From contig CAXHJY010001687.1 in the NCBI GenBank assembly GCA_964016885.1, positions 62,001 through 126,000 on the forward strand: a stretch of DNA of 64,000 nucleotides. The letters are read 5' to 3'. The notes beneath the pieces are model-generated. The model had not been told where the DNA came from. It saw only the letters and a list, made by a program, of their open reading frames with translations, and did no database searches. This DNA is from Eledone cirrhosa. Its lineage: Eukaryota. Made by a program: the position numbers and the translations under genes. This document shows, one piece after another, positions 23,963-40,132 of the stretch (position 1 is its first letter; each line of letters begins with the position of its first letter).

Positions 23963-26001
23963 ACATAGAGACCAAGAGGGAAGCTAGGCGACAAGTATAC
24001 TTAGCTAGGAGGGAAGCAGAGGATAGAAAATTATAGAGGGACCAGCAGTACAAGTCAGCAGCAGCGTAGTAAGTAAGGCAATCAAAGATATGAAGATGGG
24101 GAAGGCAACCGGTCCATCGAGTATAGCTGCCGAGATGCTGAAGGCATCTGGGTCTGTAGGTCACACTATAACCACACGTATCGTTAACCAGGTAATACTA
24201 GAAGGGGCCATACCAAAAGATTGGTGCAGTAGCATCATTGTCAACTGCTACAAAGGCAAAGGCGATGCACTAGATAGAGGAAACTATAGAGGTATAAAGT
24301 TGATGGACCAGGTCATGAAAGTAACAGAAAGAGTTATAGCACAGCTGATTAGGGACTGGGTGAATATAGACGAGATGCAATTTGGGTTTGTACCAGAAAG
24401 AAGCACCACTGATGCCCTCTTCCTTGTGAGGCAATTACAGGAAAAGTACCTAGCTAAAAGTAAGCCACTCTACTTGGCATTTGTCGACCTTGAGAAAGCC
24501 TTTGACAGAGTTCCACGTGCTGTAATCTGGTGGGCTCTTAGAAAACTAGGAGTAGATTAATGGCTTGTGAAAGCGGTACAAGCCATGTATAGGGGAGCAG
24601 TCAGCAAAGTTAGGATTAGCAATGAGTATAGCGAGGAATTTAGCGTACAGGTTGGGGTCCACCAGGGCTCTGTTCTTAGCCCTCTCCTGTTCATTATAGT
24701 CCTGCAGGCAATAACGGAGGAGTTTAAGACCGGATACCCTTGGGAACTCCTGTATGCTGATGACCTCGCACTCATAGCTGAATCTATGGTAGAACTAGAG
24801 AATAAATTCCAAACCTGGAAGCAGGGACTAGAGAGAAAGGGTCTCAAAGTCAACATGACCAAGACTAAGGTCCTTGTAAGTAGACGAGAAAACAGAACCC
24901 AGATCCCCTCAGGGAAATGGCCTTGCTCAGTATGTAGGAAAGGTGTAGGTAGGAACTCCATTCTCTGCCCCAAATGCAAACAATGGGTACACAAGAGATG
25001 TAGTGGGATCTCAGGAAGCTTAATTAAGAATGTAGGATTCACATGCAGCAGCTGTGCTGAAACAGCAAGCAGTAAACAGCCACAGGAAACAAGTACCACC
25101 AATCTCTGGGAGGGCCCTGTAGAAACAGTAGACAGCTTCTGCTACCTAGGTGACCGAATTAGCAACGGAGGTGGGTGTTCAGAAAGTTCAATAACTAGGG
25201 TAAGGACGGGATGGAAGAAGTTTAGGGAACTACTACCACTGCTAGCTGCAAAAGGCTTCTCCCTCAGAATGAAAGGCAGACTGTATGATGCGTGTATCCG
25301 AACAGCGATGTTGCATGGTAGTGAGACCTGGGCGCTGAAGGTGGAAGACTTACGTAGATTAGAGAGAAACGAAGCCTGCATGCTCCGATGGATGTGTAAC
25401 AGTAATATACGTGAACGACAAAGCATAAATGAATTGAGAGAGAGACTGAGCATAAGAGGAAACAAATGCTGTGTGCAGGAGAGGCGGTTGCGCTGGTATG
25501 GACATGTGATGCGTATGAAGGATGACAGCTGCATAAAAAGGTGCAGAGCACTAGAAGTTGATGGAAACCGCGGAGTGGGGAGACCCAAGATGACCTGGGA
25601 TGAGGTGATAAAAGCCGACCTTACCCAATTACACCTCTCAAAGACAATGACACACGACCGTGACTTCTGGCGTCACGCAGTAATACAGAGTACCCGACCT
25701 CCCATGGGTACATGCTGAAGCATATAAACAATATGCCCCCACACCCCCCACCGCAAGGTGGTCGTGGAGGTGCCATGGCAAAAAAGCACCCAGCCCACAC
25801 TGTAAAGTGGACGTGTAGGCGCCACGAAAAAGCACCCAGCACTCACTGTAAATGAGGTTGGTGTTAGGAAGGGCATCCAGCTGTAGAAATCAAGCCAGAT
25901 CAGTTCCTGTATGAGCAAGGCATGGTCAGCCGACCAGACACTGCACACAACAGGACAACCCGTCTAACCCATGCTAGCGTGGAAGAACGGACGTAAAACG
26001 G

Positions 26002-26032
<31 letters not shown>
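23963..26032 (+). mobile_element. 5'-truncated RTE LINE; complete RT with one nonsense codon
   Basis: ORFs 24090-24560 and 24567-25718 in one frame, split by TAA; LYADD; (GAT)n tail to 26032. Confidence 0.95.
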
Positions 26033-26219
26033 CCAACAACCACTACACCAACCTATACACAACTACTACACCTACCTATAAACCACAACTACTACACCAA
26101 CCTATACACAACAACCACTACACCTACCTTTACACCACAACCACTTAATACACCTACCTATACAATATACATATATATCACTATACTTTATATATATATA
26201 TATATTTATGGTCCTGTGT

Positions 26220-29200
26220 ATATAAACAACTATCTGGTTGTGGAACCAACCAACCAACCAGAAATTTATAAATTTATAAATTTATTATAATAAATTGAAG
26301 TGAAAGCAACTGGTGCGTGTGTTTATTATTGGCAACATGACCCTCCCAAAGTATAACAATATCGGTTTCAACACTCGATTTCAGATAAAGAATCTTGCTA
26401 AACAAATTCAGAAACGAAATATCGTAAGCCTTAGCCAGGCTAACAAGATACTGAAAACCACCACCATGTTCTGTTGTCTACGAAAAACCATAACATCTCG
26501 ACAACTATCCTTCATAAAGCAGTGTGCCTCTTCCAGAATCTACACCAACACCATCAATACCGACGTTAGAAGATTACAACTCACCAAAAAACAAGCAGAT
26601 AGGCTAAAACGAACATTAATTCTAAACATAAAAAAGAAGATCTATAGAGAATTAAGTCATCAAGAAAAACAAAAGCGTAACCTAATACAAGAAATAGCTA
26701 GAATCACCACACCAAGAGAGAAACTAATATTTATAAGCCTTATACGCCCTGAAGAACAATACATTACTCAAGAATGTGATAAGCACTTTAACAGGAAACT
26801 AAAGTGGCTTAAACAGGCAAAGCTAAATCAGGATACTATAGAGTATACCAATAGATATCCCGACAAAATTGACGGTATCAACATGGCCGACACCTCATTA
26901 TCAGAAGAGTTCAACAACAAAAACACCAACATATATGGGAACACACAAAAATAGATAATGATGAAATGTCTGTGTTATGTTTGCCGCCGAAATTTGCGAC
27001 ATTCAAGAAGGTAAATATGATTAGTTGTCTGTCAGAAATAGAAAAATCATTTACAAAACTACGCTGGAGCCTCAAAAACAAAAACAAAAGCAACAATATA
27101 CGCACACACATATACAACACACATCCCAACAACAACAGATACACAGACACAAACAACAATAACAACAACACACACACCAACAACAACAACAACAACAATA
27201 ACAACATACCCAGAAACAACAACAAGACACGCAGACACAAACAACAATAACAACAACACACACACCAACAACAACAACAACAATAACAACATACCCAGAA
27301 ACAACAACAAGACACACAGACACAAACAACAATAACAACACACACAACAATAACACACACGGAGACAACAACAACACACATCAACAACAGCACACATCAA
27401 CAACAACAACACACACACATTCAATGCCTCTCACCACCACCACAATCTTAACAAACACACAGACACAGAAAACAAGTAATGACAGTAGCACAGAAATCAT
27501 AGAAATAAGGGAAAGTAATAGGATTAAAAAGAGAAGGGAGACTAAGGACAAAGAGAATAACCAAGACGAACACACAGACACACAAAATAGGGTAGATAAC
27601 AACAATGAGCCAGTGGAAAGAGACAGGAGTAATTGTGAGAGACATAGAAACAACCATGAGGCTGTTGGTGGAAATAGAAATAGAAACAACACAACTAACA
27701 ATAACAATAGCACTAGTACACATAAAGCAGCAGCCTGGAACTCTACGTTTTATAATCCCTCCGATAAATCATTCGACCTGCGACGAGTCCACGCCACGAC
27801 TTTACCATTTAACAAACGCACGCAATTGCCGTCGCAGGTCGATGAACAAACAGAAGCACAATTTAGTATAACTAGATCCGAACTTAGAAATATTATAGAA
27901 CAGTATAGCAAGAAGCATAATAGAATGGAGGCCCAGCAACTGGGAGAAAAATCTGCAAATGGCTTGCGTAAGCTCATGCAGCGCTCACGTAATGGAGAGA
28001 TAGCATGCTTTCCAACAGACAAGTCTGGCAGAATGTCGGCTGACAGCCTGCCAAACTACATCAGGCAATGCAACCCCACATCACTAACACAAGAGAGGTA
28101 ACACCACAGGAGCATGAGGATAGAGAAAAAGCCCTCAATGCCCATATGGTGATGTGGACGAATATAATGCAGCCCAACAAAAGGACTGCCAACAACTTCC
28201 AGGCCTGGAACAATGACGTGCCGGCGTTGTATGGGCTTCGAAAAGACCATAAAACGGGCTGTGACCCTGTCGCGGGACCACCAACACGGCCAGTCTGTGG
28301 AGCTAACATTGCTAGTAACTACAGACTGTCCTACTTCCTCTCCCTGATCATACGCCCCATCATTGAAATGTCCCCAGATGTATGTGACAGCACGGAGAAC
28401 CTCCTCAGCAGAATCGGCGTGAGTAACCGATCTGCATAATAGGCAGTATGGATGTTGTGTCCCTGTATCCATCTATTGGCGTGGATTTTGCTGTGGAGAA
28501 ATGCGTAGAAATGATCAGTGAGAGCAAGGTTGAGTTCCGTGGTATTGATACCAGTGAGCTGGGACTCCTACTTAAGATTATCTATAGTAATAATTACCTA
28601 GACACATATGACCTTAGCAATCTGTGCCCTACAAGACCAGCAAGAGGCAGACCACCTACCATTACCTCAATGGCCAAGAAAACCCATACAGATAGATGGA
28701 ACGGGTGGGCCAGAGCCATATGGACACCCGAAAACCACGATGAACTGAAGAAAATGATTGCACATGCGGTAGGGGCCAGCATAAAACTAACCCTTAAGGA
28801 ACATATGTTCAAATTTAATGGAAAAACATATGCCCAAGAGGAAGGAGCAGCCATTGGTGTTAGCATTGCAGGCGACATAGCTAACTTATTCATGGTATGG
28901 TGGGACAGTAGACTTAAACTTAAACTTAAAGAACAATTAGAAGACAGCTTAACCCTGATAATGTACTCCCGCTACGTAGATGATATAAACATCGTAGTTA
29001 AGACACCCCCACTAGAGAACAGTCAGGAACTAGAGAAAAACACAATGGAAAGCATCCAGCAAATAGCAAACTCCATCCACCAGAGCATTAGAGTTACTAT
29101 AGACTACCCAAGTAAACACCCCAACCATCGATTACCTGTACTAGACACAGAGCTCTGGTTAGATACCATTAACAACAAAAAACAAATCCTCCATTCCCAT

Positions 29201-30451
29201 TATGCCAAACCCATGACTTCCAAACATCTGATCCACCGAAACTCGGCCGTTTCGGACCATACCAAAATCAACATACTGATTGCGGATTTGGTACGGGTGA
29301 TGAGAAATGTGTCCCGCATGTGCAACCCCGAAGAACTAGAGAGACACATACAACACTTCATCCACCGTATGCAGTTCTCTGGCTACAATCAGAGAGATAA
29401 AATCAGAGTGTATAGAGGAGCCAGAACCAAATGGGAAAAAATGGTAAATAATGACATAAATGGGACCTGCCCCTTGTATAGGAGCAAATTTTGGAATAGA
29501 ATAGAAAGAACTAGGAACAAGGCTAATAGAATAAACTCATGGTATGATAGCAATAAATACCAGAGTGTAATGTTCATCGATACAACCCCTAGAGGTGAAT
29601 TAGCTTACAAATTTAGAAGGGCCCTAAATAAACATAAACTCAATATTAAGATAGTAGAAAGACCAGGTACCTCCGTAAAAACATTTATTAGCAAGACATA
29701 CCCGTAAAATAAGCCCCCATATTAACTGTAAAACTAGAAATGTAGTGTATAGCATAAGATGTACTGAAGGACAATGTAGAGACAAAAATATAGTGTACAT
29801 AGGTGAGACAGCTCGTAGTGTAGGGGAACGGATAAATGAACACTGGCGAGACCTTCAAGATAATAAAGAATCATCTGTACTCTACCAACATGCTAAGATA
29901 GAACACAAGGGTAAATTAGAGAACATAGAAATAAAAATAGAATCTACACACAGAAAAGACGCAATGTTTAGACAAATTACAGAGGCAATAAACATAAAAG
30001 AATTATAACCAAAATTAAATAGAAAATATGAGTGGAACAGCAACATCACAACTTACAATTAAGGACAAAATGAAAACACACACACACATAGAACAAACAA
30101 CCAACCAGTAGCATATAAATAAACAAATAGATAAATGAACATAAACACACACAGACACCCGGATGTGGCGCATGCGCAGACTGAGCACACAACACACACA
30201 CAGAAACAAAATGGCGTAGGATAGAACAAAGGAGAGGCACAGAAACAAAGAAAGGAATCCCCAGTCACTGAAGAGGTCACAGAGTGTGTGACGAAAGAAC
30301 TATGACTATATATAAACAACTATCTGGTTGTGGAACCAACCAACCAACCAGAAATTTATAAATTTATAAATTTATTATAATAAATTGAAGTGAAAGCAAC
30401 TGGTGCGTGTGTTTCTTATTGGCAACATGACCCTCCCAAAGTATAACAATA
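26220..30451 (+). mobile_element. Near full-length Penelope-like element (RT and GIY-YIG), disrupted, with direct pLTR repeat
   Basis: ORF pieces 26313-26954, 26966-27250 (LPPKFA), 27424-28101 (TDKSG), 28068-28439 (LYGLRKDHK..RPV), 28448-29707 (DVVSLYPSI, RYVDD, LPVLD), 29745-30008 (VYIGET). 26220-26362 repeats at 30310-30451, starting about 8 nt after the ribozyme cleavage site. AAC-rich expansion at 27075-27430. Confidence 0.93.
30263..30307 (+). ncRNA. Minimal hammerhead ribozyme in the 3' pLTR
   Basis: agtca CTGAAGA g gtcac..gtgac GAAA gaac TA tgact. Confidence 0.78.
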
Positions 30452-30487
30452 TTTATATATATATTTTTATATATATATATATATATT

Positions 30488-31335
30488 TAAATTAATATTT
30501 GATGAACATTTACATGTTATAGTTGCAATTGACTAATAAGATCGCTAGAGTGAAAAATCTTAATTCAACAACATAAGGTCTGCCTGTACGATCTAGAAAA
30601 TAATAAATCAATACTCACAGACTCATATGGGAAAAAAGCGATCTTATTAGTCAATTGCAACTATAACATGTAAATGTTCATCAAATATTAATTTATATTG
30701 CTCAGAAGCGATTCCTAGAGCTGAAATGATTGTAAATGACCTCTCTGAGTCTAAACTCTAAGCTATTTATCACTGCTCCCCAAGGTGAGCTGAATTTTGT
30801 AATCCCATACAAACGGCTGTTATTTCTAGCACTATGTGTGGGACGTTAGAGGACTGGAATAAGCCGTGTGCAAAACCTCGTGTATTTTCGCTACGCTAAC
30901 CAGACCTTAGATATTTTTCTGAGGTTGAGTTATTTTATTTTTATCTGGGTACCTATTGATAAACACAGAAAAAGTTGATTAACTCACTGCTAATTAGTTA
31001 ATTATTTTACTATTATACCATCCTTTGTGAAACATGTTTGAAGTTTGAAGTTCTGACCGATCTGCGGAAAAAGTTTGTATTTTGAATTTTAAACGTGTCT
31101 AGGTACCAATGCTTTTTGCCCATATGAGTCTGTGAGTATTGATTTATTATTTTCTAGATCGTACAGGCAGACCTTATGTTGTTGAATTAAGATTTTTCAC
31201 TCTAGCGATCTTATTAGTCAATTGCAACTATAACATGTAAATGTTCATCAAATATTAATTTATACTGCTCAGAAGCGATTCCTAGAGCTGAAATGATTGT
31301 AAATGACCTCTCTGAGTCTAAACTCTAAGCTATTT
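30488..31335 (+). mobile_element. Retrozyme-like 567-nt element, second copy (about 1.23 units plus inverted 5' segment)
   Basis: Period 567 (30696/31263); same 3' end (CTCTAAGCTATTTAT) as the 21371 copy; 30488-30637 is the reverse complement of about 31111-31260. Confidence 0.82.
30948..31107 (+). ncRNA. Hammerhead ribozyme, U3-A8 variant (copy of 21623-21782)
   Basis: Same motif as 21623-21782. Confidence 0.78.
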
Positions 31336-31416
31336 ATATATATTTATATTTATATATATATATATTTATATATATATATATTTATATATATATTTATATA
31401 TTTATATATATATATT

Positions 31417-31448
<32 letters not shown>

Positions 31449-31476
31449 TATATATATATATTTATATATATATATT

Positions 31477-31507
<31 letters not shown>

Positions 31508-31508
31508 T

Positions 31509-31539
<31 letters not shown>

Positions 31540-31554
31540 ATATATTTATATATA

Positions 31555-31992
31555 CGATATTAAATAAATGGAAACTATATTTATAAAACCATATTTATTT
31601 CATTATATATATTTCAGGGATATCATATTAAAAATATGGTATGCCTTCATCAGACAAAATACAATATAAACAGTCTTATAAATAGATAGATTTGACATAC
31701 CTTACACTTCAACTTCCATTTAAAAAGTTGATTTTAAGTGTAAGTTGAAGTGTAAGGTATGTCAAATCTATCTATTTATAAGACTGTTTATATTGTATTT
31801 TGTCTGATGAAGGCATACCATATTTTTAATATGATATCCCTGAAATATATATAATGAAATAAATATGGTTTTATAAATATAGTTTCCATTTATTTAATAT
31901 CGTAAATATACTCCAAATACTTGTTGAGTGCTTTTATATCAGTTATAAATATTTACTCGTTGTAACCCAACAATTTAAATAAAACTTTGCAT
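31555..31992. mobile_element. Fold-back Naiad-type pLTR with hammerheads on both arms (31598-31659 minus, 31798-31859 plus)
   Basis: About 160-bp inverted arms; ttttgt CTGATGA agg...ccct GAAA tatata TA atgaaa. Confidence 0.85.
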
Positions 31993-32067
31993 ATATTTAT
32001 ATATATATATTTATATATATATATTTATATATATATATTTATATATATATATATATTTATATATATT

Positions 32068-34503
<2,436 letters not shown>

Positions 34504-34509
34504 TTTGTG

Positions 34510-34628
34510 AAGGCGTGTGGCTGAGTGGTTAGAGAATTGGATTCGCAATCGTAAGGTTGTGAGTTCGATTCCTGGACCAGGCGATGCGTTATGTCCTTGA
34601 GCAAGACACTTTATTTCACGTTGCTCCT
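34510..34628 (+). mobile_element. tRNA-headed CORE-type SINE, truncated
   Basis: TGGCTGAGTGG A-box, GAGTTCGATTCC B-box, TGTCCTTGAGCAAGACACTT core; second copy at 49613. Confidence 0.75.
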
Positions 34629-34793
34629 TCTACCTGGAGTTGCGACCGATAGATAGTATTAGCAATTCGGTCCGATTTGACGAAAGTCGATCGTTAAAAT
34701 AATAAAATAAAAAATAATATATATATTTATTTATATATATATATATATTTATTTATATATATATATTTATTTATATATATATATATATTTGTT

Positions 34794-34848
<55 letters not shown>

Positions 34849-34863
34849 ATTTATATATATATT

Positions 34864-34890
<27 letters not shown>

Positions 34891-34895
<5 letters not shown>

Positions 34896-35565
34896 ATGTA
34901 TTTTGCAATACACTTTATGCTTAATTAAAAGCATTTTGAAGACCGTAAGCTATTGTTTTAAAGTAGTAACAAATTCACTTACTTTGATCTCAGCAAACAG
35001 GGGAGATAAGCCGACAAGTCTTGTTTCGCTTTGGTTGAAGCTTATCAAGGCCAACTACCCCTCCAGTCTACCGAGATCACTGATGTTATATTCTTAGTTT
35101 GCTGAGATCAAAGTAAGTGAATTTGTCACTACATTAAAACAATAGCTTACGGTCTTCAAAATGCTTTTAATTAAGCATAAAGTGTATTGCAAAATACATT
35201 ATATATACATCTATATATATATTGCTATTTCAGATCTCCAATTCTAATTTTTAATTTCTGCCTGACCAACAACCGCTCTGCATAATCAGCTCCTGGTTAT
35301 TTACTAGATTTCTATAAGAATATAACATCAGTGATCTCGGTAGACAGGAGGGGTAGTTGGCCTTGATAAGCTTCAACCAAAGCGAAACAAGACTTGTCGG
35401 CTTATCTCCCCTGTTTGTTGAGATCAAAGTAAGTGAATTTGTCACTACTTTAAAACAATAGCTTACGGTCTTCAAAATGCTTTTAATTAAGCATAAAGTG
35501 TATTGCAAAATACATTATATATACATCCATATATATATTGCTATTTCAGAGCTCCAATTCTAATA
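34891..35565 (+). mobile_element. Retrozyme-like non-coding element, 316-nt unit (about 1.5 units plus inverted 5' segment)
   Basis: Direct repeat 35097/35413 (period 316); 34891-35095 is the reverse complement of about 35316-35520; (TA)n both sides. Confidence 0.85.
35360..35401 (+). ncRNA. Hammerhead ribozyme, U3-A8 variant (inverted copy at 35010-35051)
   Basis: gcc TTGATAA gctt-caacca-aagc GAAA caag-a-cttg TC ggc. Confidence 0.8.
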
Positions 35566-35569
35566 TATT

Positions 35570-35618
<49 letters not shown>

Positions 35619-35619
35619 T

Positions 35620-35670
<51 letters not shown>

Positions 35671-35671
35671 T

Positions 35672-35702
<31 letters not shown>

Positions 35703-35725
35703 ATATTTATATATATATTTATATT

Positions 35726-35756
<31 letters not shown>

Positions 35757-35757
35757 T

Positions 35758-35792
<35 letters not shown>

Positions 35793-35793
35793 T

Positions 35794-35826
<33 letters not shown>

Positions 35827-35827
35827 T

Positions 35828-35974
<147 letters not shown>

Positions 35975-35991
35975 ATATATTTATATATATT

Positions 35992-36044
<53 letters not shown>

Positions 36045-36047
36045 ATT

Positions 36048-36114
<67 letters not shown>

Positions 36115-36167
36115 ATTTATATATATATATATTTATATTTATATATATATATTTATATATATATATA

Positions 36168-37645
36168 TCAAGGACTTATTTGTGCATTACAACTCAGCCC
36201 TCCCCTACAACGCTAGGAGAGGCTATGTCCTAAATGAACTGACACGGATCACTAACAGATGCAGCGACCCGATGGGTGGTCTCACCCATACCACGCAATT
36301 CCGTAATCTACTCAGGTCTAATGGATATCCCAAGCGACTGATTAACGGAATTAGAGACCCCAGACCCAATAGACAGACACCCACTAGATACTTAAATAAA
36401 AGCAGGTGCTTCTTTAAAATCCCCCACCTGAGTGAATATACCACGAACGCCATCCGCAGGGCCATACGGACTGAGGGACTTGACATACATTTGGCCCACA
36501 CAGGACCTTCGCTGCGAAGATGCCTCTCCAACAAACCCGACGAGTCAGATGGGACGTGTTCCCTCAGCAACTGCCCGATACGAGGGGAAGATTGCCTACG
36601 CACCTATGTCGTATATAAGATTCAATGCGATAAATGTAACAAGTTTTACATAGGTAGCACCATCCGACCCCTACATGTTCGTATCAAGGAACATATCAAA
36701 ACCAACGCATCTTCCTTCCGTAAACACATCCTTAAATGCGGAAACCCACAGGGTAGACCCTTGGTCACAGTCCTAGCGACTGAACGCAGCATCGGATCCT
36801 TAAGGATAAAGGAAGCCCTTGTTATTAAGAACCTCAGACCCCCACTTAACAACCGGGCTGAGAGAAATGAGCTGACATGGCTAACTTAACCATAGTGACC
36901 ATTCACAGCCCTTACGGCCTGCTATTTTCACACACACGCACGTATATGCATACCCATACGCATACACACACACATCTATATTTATACACGCACACATGTT
37001 TTTACAACCTACCACCTTTCACACCCTTTGATTTCCAGCTTCTACAGCCCACTATCTTTCACACACACACGCACTCACACATATACACACACAGTTACAC
37101 ACACATGTATACCCATACGCTTACACACAAACATCTATATTTATACACGCACACATGTTTTACAACCTACCACCTTTCACACCCTTTGATTTCCAGCTTC
37201 TACAGCCCACTATCTTTCACTCACACACACACTCACACATATACACACTTACACATATACACACACAGTTACACACACATATTTTACGGCTTTCACACGC
37301 TAGCGCACCCTCTTGATTTAACCCATTTGGTCAGTAGCTTTTGCCACAGCCTATCACTCGCACGCGCATTCTTTCCCTCATTTAAATTTAAAATAATTTT
37401 TCTCCCCATAACGGCATTCCTGTTTTAACGACATCACAACTTTCTCCGCTTAGCCTGTTCCCCCCCTTTTGGAACTTTCCCCCGTTGATGGGCGTGAGCC
37501 CGAAATATTGGGATTAAATCTCCACTACGGTAACCCTTCTACCTTTGTTTTGTTTTCATCTTTTCTCTCTCAATTTTCACTTTATCCTATTTCTCCTATC
37601 TATCATTCACTTCCTACCTCGAGATTTCCCTCTGCATTGTTGTGG
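36168..37645 (+). mobile_element. PLE 3' fragment (thumb, GIY-YIG, 3' UTR); Penelope/Poseidon-like
   Basis: ORF 36182-36889 HYNSALP..NGYP..VVYKIQCDKCNKFYIGST.RPL..RIKEH..IKEAL.I..LRPPLN; atypical hammerhead-like motif at 37478-37513. Confidence 0.9.
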
Positions 37646-37664
37646 CTTTCTAAACTACGTATTT

Positions 37665-37701
<37 letters not shown>

Positions 37702-37738
37702 ATATTTACATTTATATATATATATTTATATATATATA

Positions 37739-37780
<42 letters not shown>

Positions 37781-37782
<2 letters not shown>

Positions 37783-38097
37783 AAGTATTAAAAAAATAAT
37801 GAATAAAACAATGAAACAGTTCCTTATATTAAACAAAAAAAGTTCATTATTTAACGATCGTTTCTAGGACATATATGTGTTAGAATTGGCATGCATATTA
37901 AACAGATCTATGTACAAAATTATACAAAATTATACAAACTATCAAATACAATATACATACCAACACATACATATGCCGTCTTCAGAAATAATGAAATATA
38001 TTTATTGATAATAACAACAATTCAAAATTACAGGTCTGTTTGGGAACATACGGATTGGACACTACCGTAAACTCTTGGTAGATTTATCTACGTAACT
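37781..38097. mobile_element. pLTR fragment, mostly inverted, with hammerhead 37843-37995 (minus)
   Basis: Reverse complement of 49280-49540; last 50 nt match 62130-62175. Confidence 0.8.
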
Positions 38098-38098
38098 T

Positions 38099-38212
<114 letters not shown>

Positions 38213-38217
38213 AAGAT

Positions 38218-39481
38218 ATATGTTAGGCTTCTACATAAACTGGAAACATTCTCCCAACTTGTAGAAAACTTATAATGAAACAATTGTTTGGAAAGAGAGA
38301 TGTATTTTAACTTTAATTATATCTCATATAAAATAATACAACTGGCTTTCCACAAAATACATATAGTTAGCACCCCAAACACTTAAATTGGGTTTATACT
38401 AACGTATAACCTTATGTTTGTTGAGTGAGATGGTTACCAGTCGGAGTTTAGCTTAAAGCTATCTCTGTTATTGTATTAAATATTTTACTCTTGATTTGGC
38501 CAGAGATTTTTATTTCCAGGTACCTTATAAACTTGACTTTCCGTATTTATTACTGTTATGAGATATTGTTTGTTTGTTTTTTGGTATAACTTCTCTGTTT
38601 TTAGCCTAGGAAAATATCTATATGCGTGTGTAAATAATCACATGCATACATTTATTTTTTAAAATTAATTGAGTTCTTAACACGCGAAATTAATATTAGT
38701 TTTGAAATAACTAATTAACTCGCGTGTATCAAATATTTTACTCTTAATTTGGCCAGAGATTTACATTCCCAAATGCCTTTTAAAGCGTAACTTTCCGTAT
38801 TTATTACAATTATGAGATGTGGTTGGTTTTTAGGTATTCACTTCTCTGTTTTTAGCCTAAGAAAATATCTATATGCGTGTGTAATTAATACACGCATACA
38901 TTTATTTTTTTAAAATTAATTGAGTTCTTAACACGCGGGATTGATAATGTTTTTGAAAAAACTAATTAACCCACGTGTATATTATTTTATTTTTCTCGTG
39001 ACTAGTGGTTGTCTCCCTTTTCCGCTTCGTGACTCTATGATACTTCCTCAGTCAAAAGACTGCTGGAATTTCAAATTTGGCGGTCATTCGATGCGTGAAG
39101 GGTCAACTTAACAGACATGAAAATTAACTGCGGTAAGAATTTTTTCTTATATCAAAGTTTAATGGGCTTCCACTGAAGATTTATAAGTGCCCACCTAAAT
39201 ATATTCTTACATGAAAATATGTTAGGCTTCTACATAAACTGGAAACATTCTCCCAACTTGTAGAAAACTTATAATGAAACAATTGTTTGGAAAGAGAGAT
39301 GTATTTTAACTTTAATTATATCTCATATAAAATAATACAACTGGCTTTCCACAAAATACATATAGTTAGCACCCCAAACACTTAAATTGGGTTTATACTA
39401 ACGTATAACCTAATGTTTGTTGAGTGAGATGGTTACCAGTCGGAGTTTAGCTTAAAGCTATCTCTGTTATTGTATTAAATA
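38218..39481 (+). mobile_element. Retrozyme-like non-coding element, 999-nt unit (about 1.26 units)
   Basis: 38218-38481 repeats at 39217-39481 (period 999); internal diverged tandem duplication of about 255 nt; no ORF of 60 aa or more; (TA)n both sides. Confidence 0.82.
39168..39292 (+). ncRNA. Hammerhead ribozyme with branched stem II insertion, GUU cleavage triplet
   Basis: ttcca CTGAAGA t ttataagt...acttataa t GAAA caattg TT tggaa. Confidence 0.8.
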
Positions 39482-39501
39482 TATATTTATATATATATAT
39501 T

Positions 39502-39582
<81 letters not shown>

Positions 39583-39615
39583 ATATTTATATATATTTAT
39601 ATTTATATATATATA

Positions 39616-39656
<41 letters not shown>

Positions 39657-39689
39657 TTATATTTATATATATATATATTTATATATATA

Positions 39690-39925
39690 ATGGAAAAATT
39701 TGAACAGGAACAAAACAGAGAGGCAGTACAACGAATGTTTATTAATTTCACGCCCTGGAGAGTGGGGTGGTGGTGGGGAACGACGTTTCGGGCATAAGCC
39801 CTTCCTCAGGTGAGAGGTGTGTGGGAACAGAGTTCAAAGGGTGTGTAGGGGAGTGGTGGAGAGACATATAGCGAAAGGAAACGGTGTGAATGAAATTAAA
39901 AATAAAAATAAAAATAAAGCATGAT
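39690..39925 (-). mobile_element. Short pLTR fragment with minimal hammerhead (39779-39811)
   Basis: Minus strand CTGAGGA a gggc-ttat-gccc GAAA cg TC; stem I weak. Confidence 0.65.
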
Positions 39926-40025
39926 TATATATATATTTATATATATATATATTTATATATATTTATATATTTATATATATTTATATATATATATATTTAT
40001 ATATATATATTTATATATATATATT

Positions 40026-40057
<32 letters not shown>

Positions 40058-40061
40058 AATA

Positions 40062-40107
<46 letters not shown>

Positions 40108-40132
40108 TATATATATATATATATATTTATAT

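Noticed and set aside
30495-30565. TTGATGA...GAAA in the antisense strand of the 567-nt unit
   Set aside because: Stems do not form; the well-paired ribozyme is on the other strand.
34510-34590. tRNA gene (also 49613 and the 9830-11430 heads)
   Set aside because: A/B boxes run into SINE bodies; no complete cloverleaf or T-run terminator.
35251-35508. 85-aa ORF, duplicated at 34903-35097
   Set aside because: Non-ATG start, antisense to the ribozyme strand, and duplicated only because of the inversion.
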